From positions 122,850 through 186,849 of the forward strand of contig CAZAAL010000001.1 of the NCBI GenBank assembly GCA_964483315.1: DNA of 64,000 nt, read 5' to 3'. Shown here in pieces: positions 40,492-49,724 of this stretch. The stretch's first letter is position 1; each line of letters starts with the position of its first letter. Both the position numbers and the translations under genes were made by a program. Below the pieces are notes generated by a model, which saw nothing but the letters and a program-made list of their open reading frames with translations, searched no databases and was not told the origin of the DNA. This DNA is from an uncultured Candidatus Saccharibacteria bacterium (GTDB taxonomy: Bacteria > Patescibacteriota > Saccharimonadia > Saccharimonadales > UBA10212).

Positions 40492-42264
40492 CTAGCTCTT
40501 GGTGGGTGAATCTCGGGTTGTAACTCCAATGTTTTCTAATATTGTATGGCCGATATGTTTGTGGTGAGACTTCTCTTCTTCTGTTTGACGTCGATGTTCC
40601 TGTAGGTATACTAGGTGTTTTTCGCGGAATTTTTTAAATTCAGCCTTGCTTAAGCCATTGCGTTTTATAAATGCGCTAATTTTTTCGCTACCGATATAAT
40701 GTGGAATCATAACGTAGCTGGCACCTAAGTCATATAAGGCATGGGCTTGTTCGGCGCTATCGGCATGGCAAATTACTACTGCTTTTGGATTGTGCTGATT
40801 CATAAATGTTAGCAAAAACTGAGTCGCATCGTGGTCTGTAATTGTAGCAACAACAAGTTTGGCATTTTTTATTCCAATTTCGTCCAGCATCTCAATGTCA
40901 GTTACATCGCCATATTGGTAATTTATATCTTTACGATCAAGCATGTCGACTACATCCGGATCATAGTCAACTACAATATAGCTTTTCTTTAACTGCTTAA
41001 ACACTTTAATAAATTCATGACCGCCTCTTTGGTAACCAATTAAAACAAAATCATAAGTAGCTTTCTTTTCGTGATTGTTTTTAGTATTTTTTCGCTCGAA
41101 TAATCCAAGATATGGTTCAAACTTAGCAAAAACTTTGTCACTGTAAATTATTAAGTACGTTGAAATTGCGATAGTAATAATTGCTATCACAGTTAAGGCA
41201 CCTACCATTTTATCGCCTACTAAGCCCTTTTGTTGGCCTAAAACAACCATAATTAGCGAGAATTCGCTTATTTGGGTCATGGCCGTAGCTGTTTTAAAGC
41301 TTGTTTGTTTGGTATAGCCTAACAGCCCAATTGCGCCTAATATTGCAAATGGCTTTAGTAACAGTACTAATGCTGTACCAGCAAGGATAATTGGGATTGC
41401 ATCAATTACAACGTCAAATATTAATCCACTACCTAATGATATAAAGAAGACGATAATGAAAAAATCTCTAAGTGGCCGCAGTCTGGCTGCAACCTCTTGG
41501 GCATAAGGGAGAGTTGACCAACAAATACCGGCAAACAATGCTCCAACCTCTAGCGAGAACCCAACGGCTTCAAATAATGTGGCGCTTCCAAAACCCCAAG
41601 CCATCGCAAACAAGAACAAAAACTCTTGACTACCAGCAACCATATTTTGGAGTTTAGGCAGTAACCTGGTGCTTATGTAATACATTGGCACGCCAACCAG
41701 GGCGCCTTTTAGAGCGAGTAAAAGCAGTGGTCCAATTTCCCAATCGCCTTGACTGCCACGACTAGCGATAATCAACAAGGCAACTGTTACTGTTACGTCT
41801 TCGACCAAAGACATACCGATTGCTATCTTGCCGTATAGCCTGGATTGGTCCCGTTTATCGCTTAAGAGTTTAAGAATAATAATAGTACTAGATATAGCTA
41901 AACCAAATCCAAAAAAGACTGCCTCGGTGTCGTTTAACCCAATCAACCGACCAACAAAAAAACCACCAATAGTGGTAATAACCACTTGTCCAAGTCCAGC
42001 AAAGATCGACACACTGCCGACCTCCTTAACGACTTTAGGGTTAAGACCAAGACCAATGATAAACAATAAAAGTGCAATACCGATACTGGCAAAAGTTTCA
42101 AAGGTTTCAGGGGATTTAGTAAATCCAAATACCAATGGTCCGACAATAACACCGGTAATGATATAGCCAATTACCAATGGCTGTTTTACCAGACGCATGA
42201 TAAAAGAGACTATCGCAGCAACGGCAAGAACTAAACTTAATTCTGTAAATACACTGGCATGCAT
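40492..42264 (-). CDS. CPA2 cation:proton antiporter with an RCK/TrkA-N domain (KefC-like)
   Basis: QPLVIGYI..G, LLFIIGL, SSTIII.K, QISEFS; C-terminal LIGY.RGG...GDVTD. Confidence 0.9.
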   Translation of the reverse strand: MHASVFTELSLVLAVAAIVSFIMRLVKQPLVIGYIITGVIVGPLVFGFTKSPETFETFASIGIALLLFIIGLGLNPKVVKEVGSVSIFAGLGQVVITTIGGFFVGRLIGLNDTEAVFFGFGLAISSTIIILKLLSDKRDQSRLYGKIAIGMSLVEDVTVTVALLIIASRGSQGDWEIGPLLLLALKGALVGVPMYYISTRLLPKLQNMVAGSQEFLFLFAMAWGFGSATLFEAVGFSLEVGALFAGICWSTLPYAQEVAARLRPLRDFFIIVFFISLGSGLIFDVVIDAIPIILAGTALVLLLKPFAILGAIGLLGYTKQTSFKTATAMTQISEFSLIMVVLGQQKGLVGDKMVGALTVIAIITIAISTYLIIYSDKVFAKFEPYLGLFERKNTKNNHEKKATYDFVLIGYQRGGHEFIKVFKQLKKSYIVVDYDPDVVDMLDRKDINYQYGDVTDIEMLDEIGIKNAKLVVATITDHDATQFLLTFMNQHNPKAVVICHADSAEQAHALYDLGASYVMIPHYIGSEKISAFIKRNGLSKAEFKKFREKHLVYLQEHRRQTEEEKSHHKHIGHTILENIGVTTRDSPTKS

Positions 42265-42303
42265 GGTAAATCTATAACTAGTATTGTAACAGCTAAAGCT
42301 TAT

Positions 42304-43725
42304 CTAAAATAATGAGTAAATGGCGCCAAGGCCCGCGATTGCCATAATCGCGGTGACCCCCCAGCCAAAGGCAGTGGTGAATGGTTTGTTAACCCAATCG
42401 CCCATAATCTTTTTGTTCGAACTAAGCAGTACTATTAACGCTAAGATAACTGGGGCTACCAAGCCGTTAAATACAGCCGAATATATTAGGGCCTTAATTG
42501 GGTCAATCCCAAGAAAGTTAATGCCCAGACCAATTAAAATTGATATGATAATTACCCCATAAAAGGCATGGGCTTGTTTTAGAGTTTTATTTAAGCCTGA
42601 TTTGCGCCATCGCATACTCTCGCTAACAGCGTAACTACTACTGCCAGCTAAAACTGGGATAGCCAGTAGCCCGGTGCCAATTATGCCGATCGAAAATAAT
42701 AGCTTGCTTGATTCACCGGCAAAAGGTTCGAGTGCTGCTGCGGCTTCGCCTGCGGTTTTAATATCAGTAATACCTTGGCTAAACAAAACTGCTCCACAAG
42801 CTGCAATTATAAAAAACATCACAAGGTTAGATAAAAACATTCCGGTCCAAACATCAGCCCGCATTTTCTTTACTTCTTCGCCAGTTGCACCACTGCGTGA
42901 AGCTATATTGGTTTTGCCTTCTACTATTTGCTCTTCCACCTCTTGCGAAGTTTGCCAAAAGAACAAATATGGCGAAATGGTGGTACCAAGGATAGCACAA
43001 ACCAGTAGTAGTAAATCTTTGTTCCACTCAAGTTGTGGTGAAAAAACTGCCTTCCATACTTCGCCCCAGTTGATATCCGCAAGCATCGCAGCAAAGATAT
43101 AGGTAAACAAAACTAGGGCAAGCCATTTTAAGTATTTCGCATACTGCGCATAAGGTGTAAATATTTGCATGGCAATACTAAAAAGTGCAAATAAAATAAC
43201 CAACATGTTAAAACTAAGCCCAGGGTTTAAAAGGCGTGTGGCTTCGGCCATTGCTCCCAGATCAGCACCAATGTTTACGGCATTGGCTACAAAAAGTAGC
43301 AAAGTGCACATATATAGAATTTTCTTTGAAAAATGTAGACGAATGTTTCCAGCCAGACCACGCCCTGTCACTAAGCCAATACGGGCGCACATTTCTTGAA
43401 CAGCCGCCATCATTGGGAACGTCACAAAGGATAACCAAAGTAACTGGAACCCATATTTAGCACCGGCTTGAGAATAAGTTGCAATACCCGAAGGATCATC
43501 ATCACTAGCACCCGTAGTTAAGCCAGGTCCTAGTGTGTGCCAGAATTCTTTAGTTTTTTGGGTTGATTTCTTTATTCCGTCTTTGCTTTTTTGGATAGTT
43601 TCTTTGCCCATCTCAAGGGTCTCTTTGCCATGCAGGGTTTTGGCTACTTTTCCGGTTTGGGTAACGGTTTTATCAAGAGCTTCAGCGGGTGCTTCTGCAA
43701 TTTTTTCAATAATATCTTTAGCCAT
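42304..43725 (-). CDS. Nramp-family divalent metal transporter
   Basis: LGPGLTTGASDDDPSGIATYSQAG, GTTISPYLFFWQ. Confidence 0.9.
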   Translation of the reverse strand: MAKDIIEKIAEAPAEALDKTVTQTGKVAKTLHGKETLEMGKETIQKSKDGIKKSTQKTKEFWHTLGPGLTTGASDDDPSGIATYSQAGAKYGFQLLWLSFVTFPMMAAVQEMCARIGLVTGRGLAGNIRLHFSKKILYMCTLLLFVANAVNIGADLGAMAEATRLLNPGLSFNMLVILFALFSIAMQIFTPYAQYAKYLKWLALVLFTYIFAAMLADINWGEVWKAVFSPQLEWNKDLLLLVCAILGTTISPYLFFWQTSQEVEEQIVEGKTNIASRSGATGEEVKKMRADVWTGMFLSNLVMFFIIAACGAVLFSQGITDIKTAGEAAAALEPFAGESSKLLFSIGIIGTGLLAIPVLAGSSSYAVSESMRWRKSGLNKTLKQAHAFYGVIIISILIGLGINFLGIDPIKALIYSAVFNGLVAPVILALIVLLSSNKKIMGDWVNKPFTTAFGWGVTAIMAIAGLGAIYSLF

Positions 43726-43940
43726 GGTTATTGCTTATGTTAAACCGACAATCCAATTTATACAACTATCATTACGTTTAAGCTTATGCTACAATATCTG
43801 CATTGCTGTAACTTTAAGAATAACTAAACTCTCGCAATTGTAGTTATCAAGCAAAAAGTTACACCAAAGATAAAAACTTAGGGTAAAAATCGTTGTGAGA
43901 GCGACTACCCAAACAAAAATAATAAAATCGGAGGCTGGGA

Positions 43941-44033
43941 ATGCCAGTTAAAATTACCATTGTGCCCTCACGGCCACGCAAGGTATCGGTGCGTGTTTTA
44001 CGCGCTCCATGGCAACAATTTATTGCATATTAA
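43941..44033 (+). CDS. Candidate 30-aa small protein MPVKITIVPSRPRKVSVRVLRAPWQQFIAY
   Basis: GGAGG 6 nt before the ATG; upstream extended -10 TGCTACAAT. Confidence 0.4.
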   Translation: MPVKITIVPSRPRKVSVRVLRAPWQQFIAY

Positions 44034-44057
44034 GTACTAGGTGGAGTAACTAGTATT

Positions 44058-44738
44058 TTACTGGTTTTGGCCAGAGTTTGACTGTTTAGCAATAGCTTCG
44101 TCGATTAGCTTGTAAAAGCTTTCGATGTCGCGTGGAGTAGATTCTACTTTAACCCCATTTATGAAAAAGGTTGGCGTAGACGAGACCCCATTGTCTTTAC
44201 CTTTGCTTATATCGGCATTAATAATGCCATTTGTTTCAGAACTGGCTACATCTGCTCGGAACTGGTCCATATTTAAGCTAAGTTGAGTTGCATAGTCTTC
44301 AAAAATTCCTTTTGGATCAGACACAGACTCCCAAGCCTGTTGGTTTTCGTACAATTTGTCGTGCATTTCCCAGAACTTGTTTTGTTTGGCTGCCGCTTCG
44401 GCGGCTCTGTGGGCAGCTCGGGCATTTTGGTGGATGCTATCAAGTGGGAAATTAATAAACTGAAAGGTAATGTCTTCTTTGTACTTTTCTTTAACTTGTT
44501 TGATGATTGGGAAGTAGGCAGCACATGCCGGGCACTGAAAGTCAGCATATTCTGCCAAAGTGACGTTTTTTTTGCCCTCTCCATACGTATGGTTAGAGGT
44601 TTGAGCTTGAGCTGAGCTGTTGCCACCATTGTCGCTGGAGTCTTTTTTGTTAAATGCCAAAAATCCACCAAATACCACCGCAAGTAAAACTAAAATTAGT
44701 ATAAATCGTCGTTCCATCAGTCCCTCACTTTTATTCAA
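44058..44738 (-). CDS. DsbA-family thiol-disulfide oxidoreductase
   Basis: EYADFQCPAC, FPL..IH, GVSSTPTFFING. Confidence 0.92.
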   Translation of the reverse strand: MNKSEGLMERRFILILVLLAVVFGGFLAFNKKDSSDNGGNSSAQAQTSNHTYGEGKKNVTLAEYADFQCPACAAYFPIIKQVKEKYKEDITFQFINFPLDSIHQNARAAHRAAEAAAKQNKFWEMHDKLYENQQAWESVSDPKGIFEDYATQLSLNMDQFRADVASSETNGIINADISKGKDNGVSSTPTFFINGVKVESTPRDIESFYKLIDEAIAKQSNSGQNQ

Positions 44739-44800
44739 TATTACTATTTTATAATAACAGGCTCTGGCATAAACAGGGCTATAAGCTGTAAGATTATGTC

Positions 44801-45874
44801 ATGGGTGTGCTATTTATCTACATTTTACTGTTGGTACTTGTTATTGCGTCAATCTCCACACTAAAGGCCTATAAATCGGTTCCGCTAAAAGAACTAAGGC
44901 GTCGTGCGCGTAAGGGTAACAAAGCTGAATCATCATATTATAAAGTCGCGAATTATGGCAGAAGCGCTGATATATTACTATGGGTATTGATTAGCTTAGG
45001 CTCGGCCGGGTTGGTTATACGGCTTTCGGGCGATTTGAACACTTGGTTAGCTTTTGGTCTTGTCTTCATATTTGTTGTGACATTTTTTTGGCTTGCACCT
45101 TCAAGGCAGGTTTCGGTTATAAATCAAAAAATGGCAATATTATTCTCACCGATTTTTGCAAAGCTTTTATCTATTTTAATGCCCATATTAAAGTGGCTAG
45201 AACTTAAGCTTGATAAATTTGTCCCAATAAATTTTCATAATGGTGTATACGAAAAAGAAGATCTTATTGAACTGCTTGAATCACAGAAAACGCAACCAGG
45301 CAACCGACTAACCGAACAAGAGCTAACAATTGCGATTAATTCACTTAGTTTTTCTGACAAAATAGTTCGTGATGTCATGACACCAAAACGAGTAATGAAA
45401 AGTTTAATGGCCTCCGATCAAATAAGTCCACATATTTTAGATGAGATTCATTCGTCTGGTTTTAGTCGAATCCCCGTCTACGAAAAAGACGAAGAAGGCC
45501 GGGAAAAAGTTGTCGGAATTTTATATACAAAAGATTTAATTGATGCTGTGCATGCCGGCTCTGTTGGTGGCGTTATGGATAAAAAAGTTTACTATGTTCA
45601 AGAAGAGCTTGATCTTGGTCACGTTTTGAGCGCATTTTTAAAAACAAAACATCATCTTTATGTAGTTGTTAATAATTTTGAGGAAGTTGTTGGCGTGATA
45701 AGTATCGAAGACGTTCTAGAACAAGTAATTGGTGTAAAAATCGTAGATGAATTTGATAGTTTTGACGATTTAAGAGCAGTTGCTGGGCTCGAAGCTAAAA
45801 AAGATAAAAAATCAAACAATCATGCGGTCGAGCCCGCAAAACCTGAACAAACAGATGAAATAGTGGTAGAATAA
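44801..45874 (+). CDS. CNNM/CBS (TlyC/CorC-like) membrane protein
   Basis: N-terminal TMs; VRDVMTP, GFSRIPVY, GVISIEDVLE. Confidence 0.88.
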   Translation: MGVLFIYILLLVLVIASISTLKAYKSVPLKELRRRARKGNKAESSYYKVANYGRSADILLWVLISLGSAGLVIRLSGDLNTWLAFGLVFIFVVTFFWLAPSRQVSVINQKMAILFSPIFAKLLSILMPILKWLELKLDKFVPINFHNGVYEKEDLIELLESQKTQPGNRLTEQELTIAINSLSFSDKIVRDVMTPKRVMKSLMASDQISPHILDEIHSSGFSRIPVYEKDEEGREKVVGILYTKDLIDAVHAGSVGGVMDKKVYYVQEELDLGHVLSAFLKTKHHLYVVVNNFEEVVGVISIEDVLEQVIGVKIVDEFDSFDDLRAVAGLEAKKDKKSNNHAVEPAKPEQTDEIVVE

Positions 45875-45881
45875 TACCGAT

Positions 45882-47195
45882 ATGAAAAGAGTTTTAACCA
45901 GTGATGTGTCTGCTCACATTGGCAAAGAGGTTTTTTTGCAGGGTTGGCTACACAAAAAACGACTTTTAGGTGGGCTAACTTTTATTAACTTGCGAGACAG
46001 GCGTGGGATTGTTCAGATTTTAATTGAAGATAAAGACGAGGTTGAAAAACTTCGTGGTCTTCAAATTGGTACGGTTTTAGAAGTTACCGGTAAAGTTTAT
46101 GAGGAGCCACGTGCGCCAGGTGGGGCCGAAGTCCATGAGCCAAAGCTAAACGTTATCATGCCGGTTACTGACGAGCCACCAATTGAGATTGATAAGCCGT
46201 TAAGTCATAAACCAGATCATCTAGATACGCTATTGGATAACCGCGTCATTGGGCTACGTAATCTACAAGAAACTAAGATTTTTAAAATTCGTAGTTCTTT
46301 AGTCCGTTATATCCGCGAATTTTTATATGAGCAAGATTTTACCGAAATCCAAACTCCTAAATTACTTGCTGGTGCTACTGAGGGTGGTGCCGAGGTTTTT
46401 AAAACCGATTATTTTGGCAAAGAGGCTACACTAGCCCAAAGCCCACAATTTTATAAGCAAATGATGGTAGGTGTTTTTGAGCGCGTGTTTGAAATTGGCC
46501 CAACCTTTAGAGCTGAGCCCAGTGCAACAACCCGCCACGTGTCAGAGGTAACCATGCTCGATATCGAGATGGGTTTTATAAAAGGCCATTCAGATGTTTT
46601 GGATATGGTCCAAAACCTTACATATAGTGTTTTAACAAGAGCATACAAAGACCATGCAGACGACCTAAAAAGCCTAAATGCACCGGAGCTAGTTTTAAAG
46701 CCCGAGTTTCCACGCTTTACGGTTGATGAGGTTCACGAGATGTACACCAAAGCAACCGGCACAAAAACTGTAGGCGAAAAGGATCTACGCCCAGACGAAG
46801 AAAAATGGATATGCGAACACGCGCGTAAAGAACTTGGATGCGAGGCAGTTTTTGTTAGCGAATTTCCAGTTGAGGCTATGAAGTTTTATCACAAAATTAG
46901 CCCAGAAAATCCCAAAAAAGTTTTGTGGGCCGACTTATTGTTTAGGGGCTTAGAGATTGCAACTTGCCCAATGCGTGAAAACGACCACAAAAAACTTATT
47001 GAGCAAATGAAGTCGGCTGGTGTCGACCCTGAGCACCCAGGCTTTAAGTACTTTTTACAGGCCTTTAAATATGGCTTACCACCACACGGTGGCTGTGGTT
47101 ACGGAATCGATCGACTAGTCGAAAAAACAATTGGGCTAAACAACGTCAAAGAGGCAATCTTATTCCCCCGCGACATCAACCGCCTAACCCCATAG
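45882..47195 (+). CDS. aspS: Short (archaeal-type, probably non-discriminating) aspartyl-tRNA synthetase
   Basis: OB fold (FINLRDR), LAQSPQFYKQ, FRAE, PPHGG.G.GIDR; 437 aa with no GAD insert. Confidence 0.82.
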   Translation: MKRVLTSDVSAHIGKEVFLQGWLHKKRLLGGLTFINLRDRRGIVQILIEDKDEVEKLRGLQIGTVLEVTGKVYEEPRAPGGAEVHEPKLNVIMPVTDEPPIEIDKPLSHKPDHLDTLLDNRVIGLRNLQETKIFKIRSSLVRYIREFLYEQDFTEIQTPKLLAGATEGGAEVFKTDYFGKEATLAQSPQFYKQMMVGVFERVFEIGPTFRAEPSATTRHVSEVTMLDIEMGFIKGHSDVLDMVQNLTYSVLTRAYKDHADDLKSLNAPELVLKPEFPRFTVDEVHEMYTKATGTKTVGEKDLRPDEEKWICEHARKELGCEAVFVSEFPVEAMKFYHKISPENPKKVLWADLLFRGLEIATCPMRENDHKKLIEQMKSAGVDPEHPGFKYFLQAFKYGLPPHGGCGYGIDRLVEKTIGLNNVKEAILFPRDINRLTP

Positions 47196-47212
47196 GTAGT
47201 AAAGGAGTAATA

Positions 47213-47596
47213 ATGATAACTATTTTAGTAGATGCGATTGACGGCCTAATAAATGATGACGGAACGGTTTTTGAGGAAATGCATTCACTGCTCGAGACAT
47301 ATCCTAACAATAAAATTGTTTTAACCGGTGCGAACGATGAGCAGTTTAAGCAATTTAAGTTAGATAAGTGCCCGTATCCAGTTTTTACGCTTAAACATAA
47401 TCCTGAAAAAACAGACCCACAATATTACAAAATTCTTCTTAAAAACTACAATTTGAAAGCCAATGAAGTTATATATTTTGAGCATAATGAAGATGCTGTA
47501 AAAAGTGCCAAGTCGGTTGGAATAAATTCCTACTTTTATGACCATACAAAAAAAGATTTAGCCAGTTTAAAGAAATTTATCGACATTAACCTATAA
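47213..47596 (+). CDS. HAD-like hydrolase
   Basis: TILVDA, KTDPQYY, YFEHNEDAVKSA..VGI. Confidence 0.65.
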   Translation: MITILVDAIDGLINDDGTVFEEMHSLLETYPNNKIVLTGANDEQFKQFKLDKCPYPVFTLKHNPEKTDPQYYKILLKNYNLKANEVIYFEHNEDAVKSAKSVGINSYFYDHTKKDLASLKKFIDINL

Positions 47597-47605
47597 AAAG
47601 CGAAT

Positions 47606-47639
47606 GCCCCGCACCCAGTCCGAAGACCAAGTGCGGGGC
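47606..47639 (-). terminator. GC-rich hairpin downstream of the second high-GC cassette
   Basis: GCCCCGCAC...GTGCGGGGC stem between convergent genes. Confidence 0.55.
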
Positions 47640-47650
47640 AGGTTGTGGGT

Positions 47651-47743
47651 TTACTTGTTTCTCTTACTCCTGCGCCACCTGATGACCGAGAGCAGAACTC
47701 CCGTGACAGCGAGAAGCAGGATGATGGTGATAACACCGTTCAT
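47651..47743 (-). CDS. 30-aa membrane peptide MNGVITIILLLAVTGVLLSVIRWRRSKRNK
   Basis: ATGA overlap with the upstream stop; TM segment plus basic tail. Confidence 0.5.
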   Translation of the reverse strand: MNGVITIILLLAVTGVLLSVIRWRRSKRNK

Positions 47744-48132
47744 CGACAGTACCTCCCGATTTTGGGATCGGATGGACTGTAGGCGATTGGCACGATCTGC
47801 GGAGCAAAGGGCACAGGTACTATCTTGATCCTGATGCACTTGCCGTCTGCCAGAGCCCACGCTGCTCTTGCTGCGACCAGCGACAAGCCGGCCGAAACAA
47901 TCACGTTCGCAGGCGGAGGCAGTGCAGCTGCCAACGCCGAACCAGCTCCCGTTCCGATTCCGAACTTTTCAGTGCCACGCTTGGACAGGTAAACGTCACC
48001 TGTCACCCGGTGCCACTTAAAGACGTAGTCGGGCGGTTGCCGTTTGGGCTTATCGCCAGCCAGCGCCGGTGTTGCCACCAACGCTGACAGGCTTAGCCCA
48101 ATGAACAGTGTCACAATCTTGAGCTTCATCAC
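47740..48132 (-). CDS. High-GC secreted small protein (bacteriocin-like)
   Basis: AAAGGAG RBS, signal peptide ending PALA, Gly/Ala-rich hydrophobic hairpin, two Cys. Confidence 0.7.
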   Translation of the reverse strand: MMKLKIVTLFIGLSLSALVATPALAGDKPKRQPPDYVFKWHRVTGDVYLSKRGTEKFGIGTGAGSALAAALPPPANVIVSAGLSLVAARAAWALADGKCIRIKIVPVPFAPQIVPIAYSPSDPKIGRYCR

Positions 48133-48223
48133 TGAAGCTCCTTTCGATTAGGGGTCAGTTTACCCAACCCCCCCATTCGAAAGTGATACATCACGGAGAG
48201 TCCCACCTCACCGCAATCACGCT

Positions 48224-48252
48224 ATTTTACCATAACCATAATAAAAAGTCAA
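48224..48252 (-). promoter_or_regulatory. Sigma70-type promoter of the second high-GC cassette
   Basis: TTGACT-17 bp-TAAAAT with a TG extension. Confidence 0.6.
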
Positions 48253-48333
48253 TATATTACTAACTAAAGTCCACTTTACTAGATTTAATTTTATTGGTGG
48301 TTTATATTCTGTTTAGCTAAGGAGTTAAAGCTT

Positions 48334-49035
48334 ATGGCTTACGAGGCAAAAATTCACAACGCTCAGACCAGCATTTTGCGGGAGCTATTATTTAGGCCAT
48401 CTGCTGGGTATGCCGAACTCCAAAAACCGACCAAGCTAACGAGTGATCACTTTAACTTTCATATTAGCCGATTAGTTGAAATTGGCTACGTTGAAAAGGT
48501 ATCACGCGGAAAGTACAAGCTAACTCCGCGCGGAAAAGAATATGCCAACAAACTTGATACCGATAGAAACATCATAGAGCCACAACCAAAAAGTGCCGTT
48601 ATTTTAGCAATTAGGCGAGGTGATGAGTTTTTGTTTCAGGAACGCTTAAAGCATCCATACTATGGATTTTGGGGATTCCCTTCAGGCAAAATTCGATGGG
48701 GTGAAAGAATCCTAGAGACCGCCGAGCGAGAACTTATGGAAGAAACCGGACTAACAGCCGAAGACTTTAACCATAAAGGTATATATCATGAGCAGGTTTT
48801 TCAGGCCGAAAATGGCGAACAGCTTGAGGACAAAATTTTCCATATAATTCTGTGCACCAATACCCAAGGCAAACTGATTGAAAAGTTTGAGGGTGGGCGC
48901 AACGCATGGATGAATCTAGAACAAATATCTAAAGAAAAAAAGATATTCGAAAGCTATAAGTTTGAGGCAGATATTGCACTTGGCAAATTAGAATTTATCG
49001 AACGAAAAGTTCAGTACAAAAAAACCCAATTCTAA
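48334..49035 (+). CDS. Winged-HTH plus NUDIX hydrolase fusion
   Basis: FNFHISRLV..G....Y.LT..G; Nudix box G.IRWGE.....AERELMEETGL. Confidence 0.85.
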   Translation: MAYEAKIHNAQTSILRELLFRPSAGYAELQKPTKLTSDHFNFHISRLVEIGYVEKVSRGKYKLTPRGKEYANKLDTDRNIIEPQPKSAVILAIRRGDEFLFQERLKHPYYGFWGFPSGKIRWGERILETAERELMEETGLTAEDFNHKGIYHEQVFQAENGEQLEDKIFHIILCTNTQGKLIEKFEGGRNAWMNLEQISKEKKIFESYKFEADIALGKLEFIERKVQYKKTQF

Positions 49036-49083
49036 AAGCAAAATGATAACTTAAATGATAAACTTAAGCTAATTAGCTTAAAG

Positions 49084-49674
49084 GTGCTGGTGGTGCAAAA
49101 ACTCAAACAACCAATTCTAGTTATAATGGCGCTGTTATTACTTTTTTGCTCGGTCGGAGCATTTATATATTTAAATGACCAGCAAAATAAAAAAGTTAGA
49201 GAACAACAAGAAAAAGATGCGAACATAGAATACAATACGATTATTGTTCATGCTTGTGATATATACCAACTTGCTGATGCCCAAAAACTTCTAGGTGACC
49301 AAGTTAAATATGAGGATACGACCGTCGGTGCTGAAAGTTCTGGCGACATTGATGTATCAGCTTGCTCTTACTCTACACCATTTAAAACCGTGACCGAGCT
49401 AAACTCTGCAAAAACATCAAGTCTTTTAGTAAGAACCCCCAAAACTGCCAAGGGGGCACTTGCCAATAGGGATAACTTTAATAATGAAAAGCCAGCTGAT
49501 GCGCAAGACATTTTAGGCTATGGTAATCAAGCATATTGGGTGCCATCAAAAGCCCAACTAAAAGTATATAAAGATGGTAATTTGATTATAATGAGCGCCG
49601 GTAATTTAAGAGTTGAAAAACGGACACTAGAAGAAACTAAAAAATTAGCCGACATTATTATGCCAAAAATTTAG
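49084..49674 (+). CDS. Membrane-anchored protein (DUF3558-like)
   Basis: TM; ACDI...ADAQKLLG, CSY, GYGNQAYW. Confidence 0.55.
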   Translation: MLVVQKLKQPILVIMALLLLFCSVGAFIYLNDQQNKKVREQQEKDANIEYNTIIVHACDIYQLADAQKLLGDQVKYEDTTVGAESSGDIDVSACSYSTPFKTVTELNSAKTSSLLVRTPKTAKGALANRDNFNNEKPADAQDILGYGNQAYWVPSKAQLKVYKDGNLIIMSAGNLRVEKRTLEETKKLADIIMPKI

Positions 49675-49724
49675 CTTGGCAAAATAAAACAAAAGCATAT
49701 AATTCAAACTAATAAATAGGGTAG

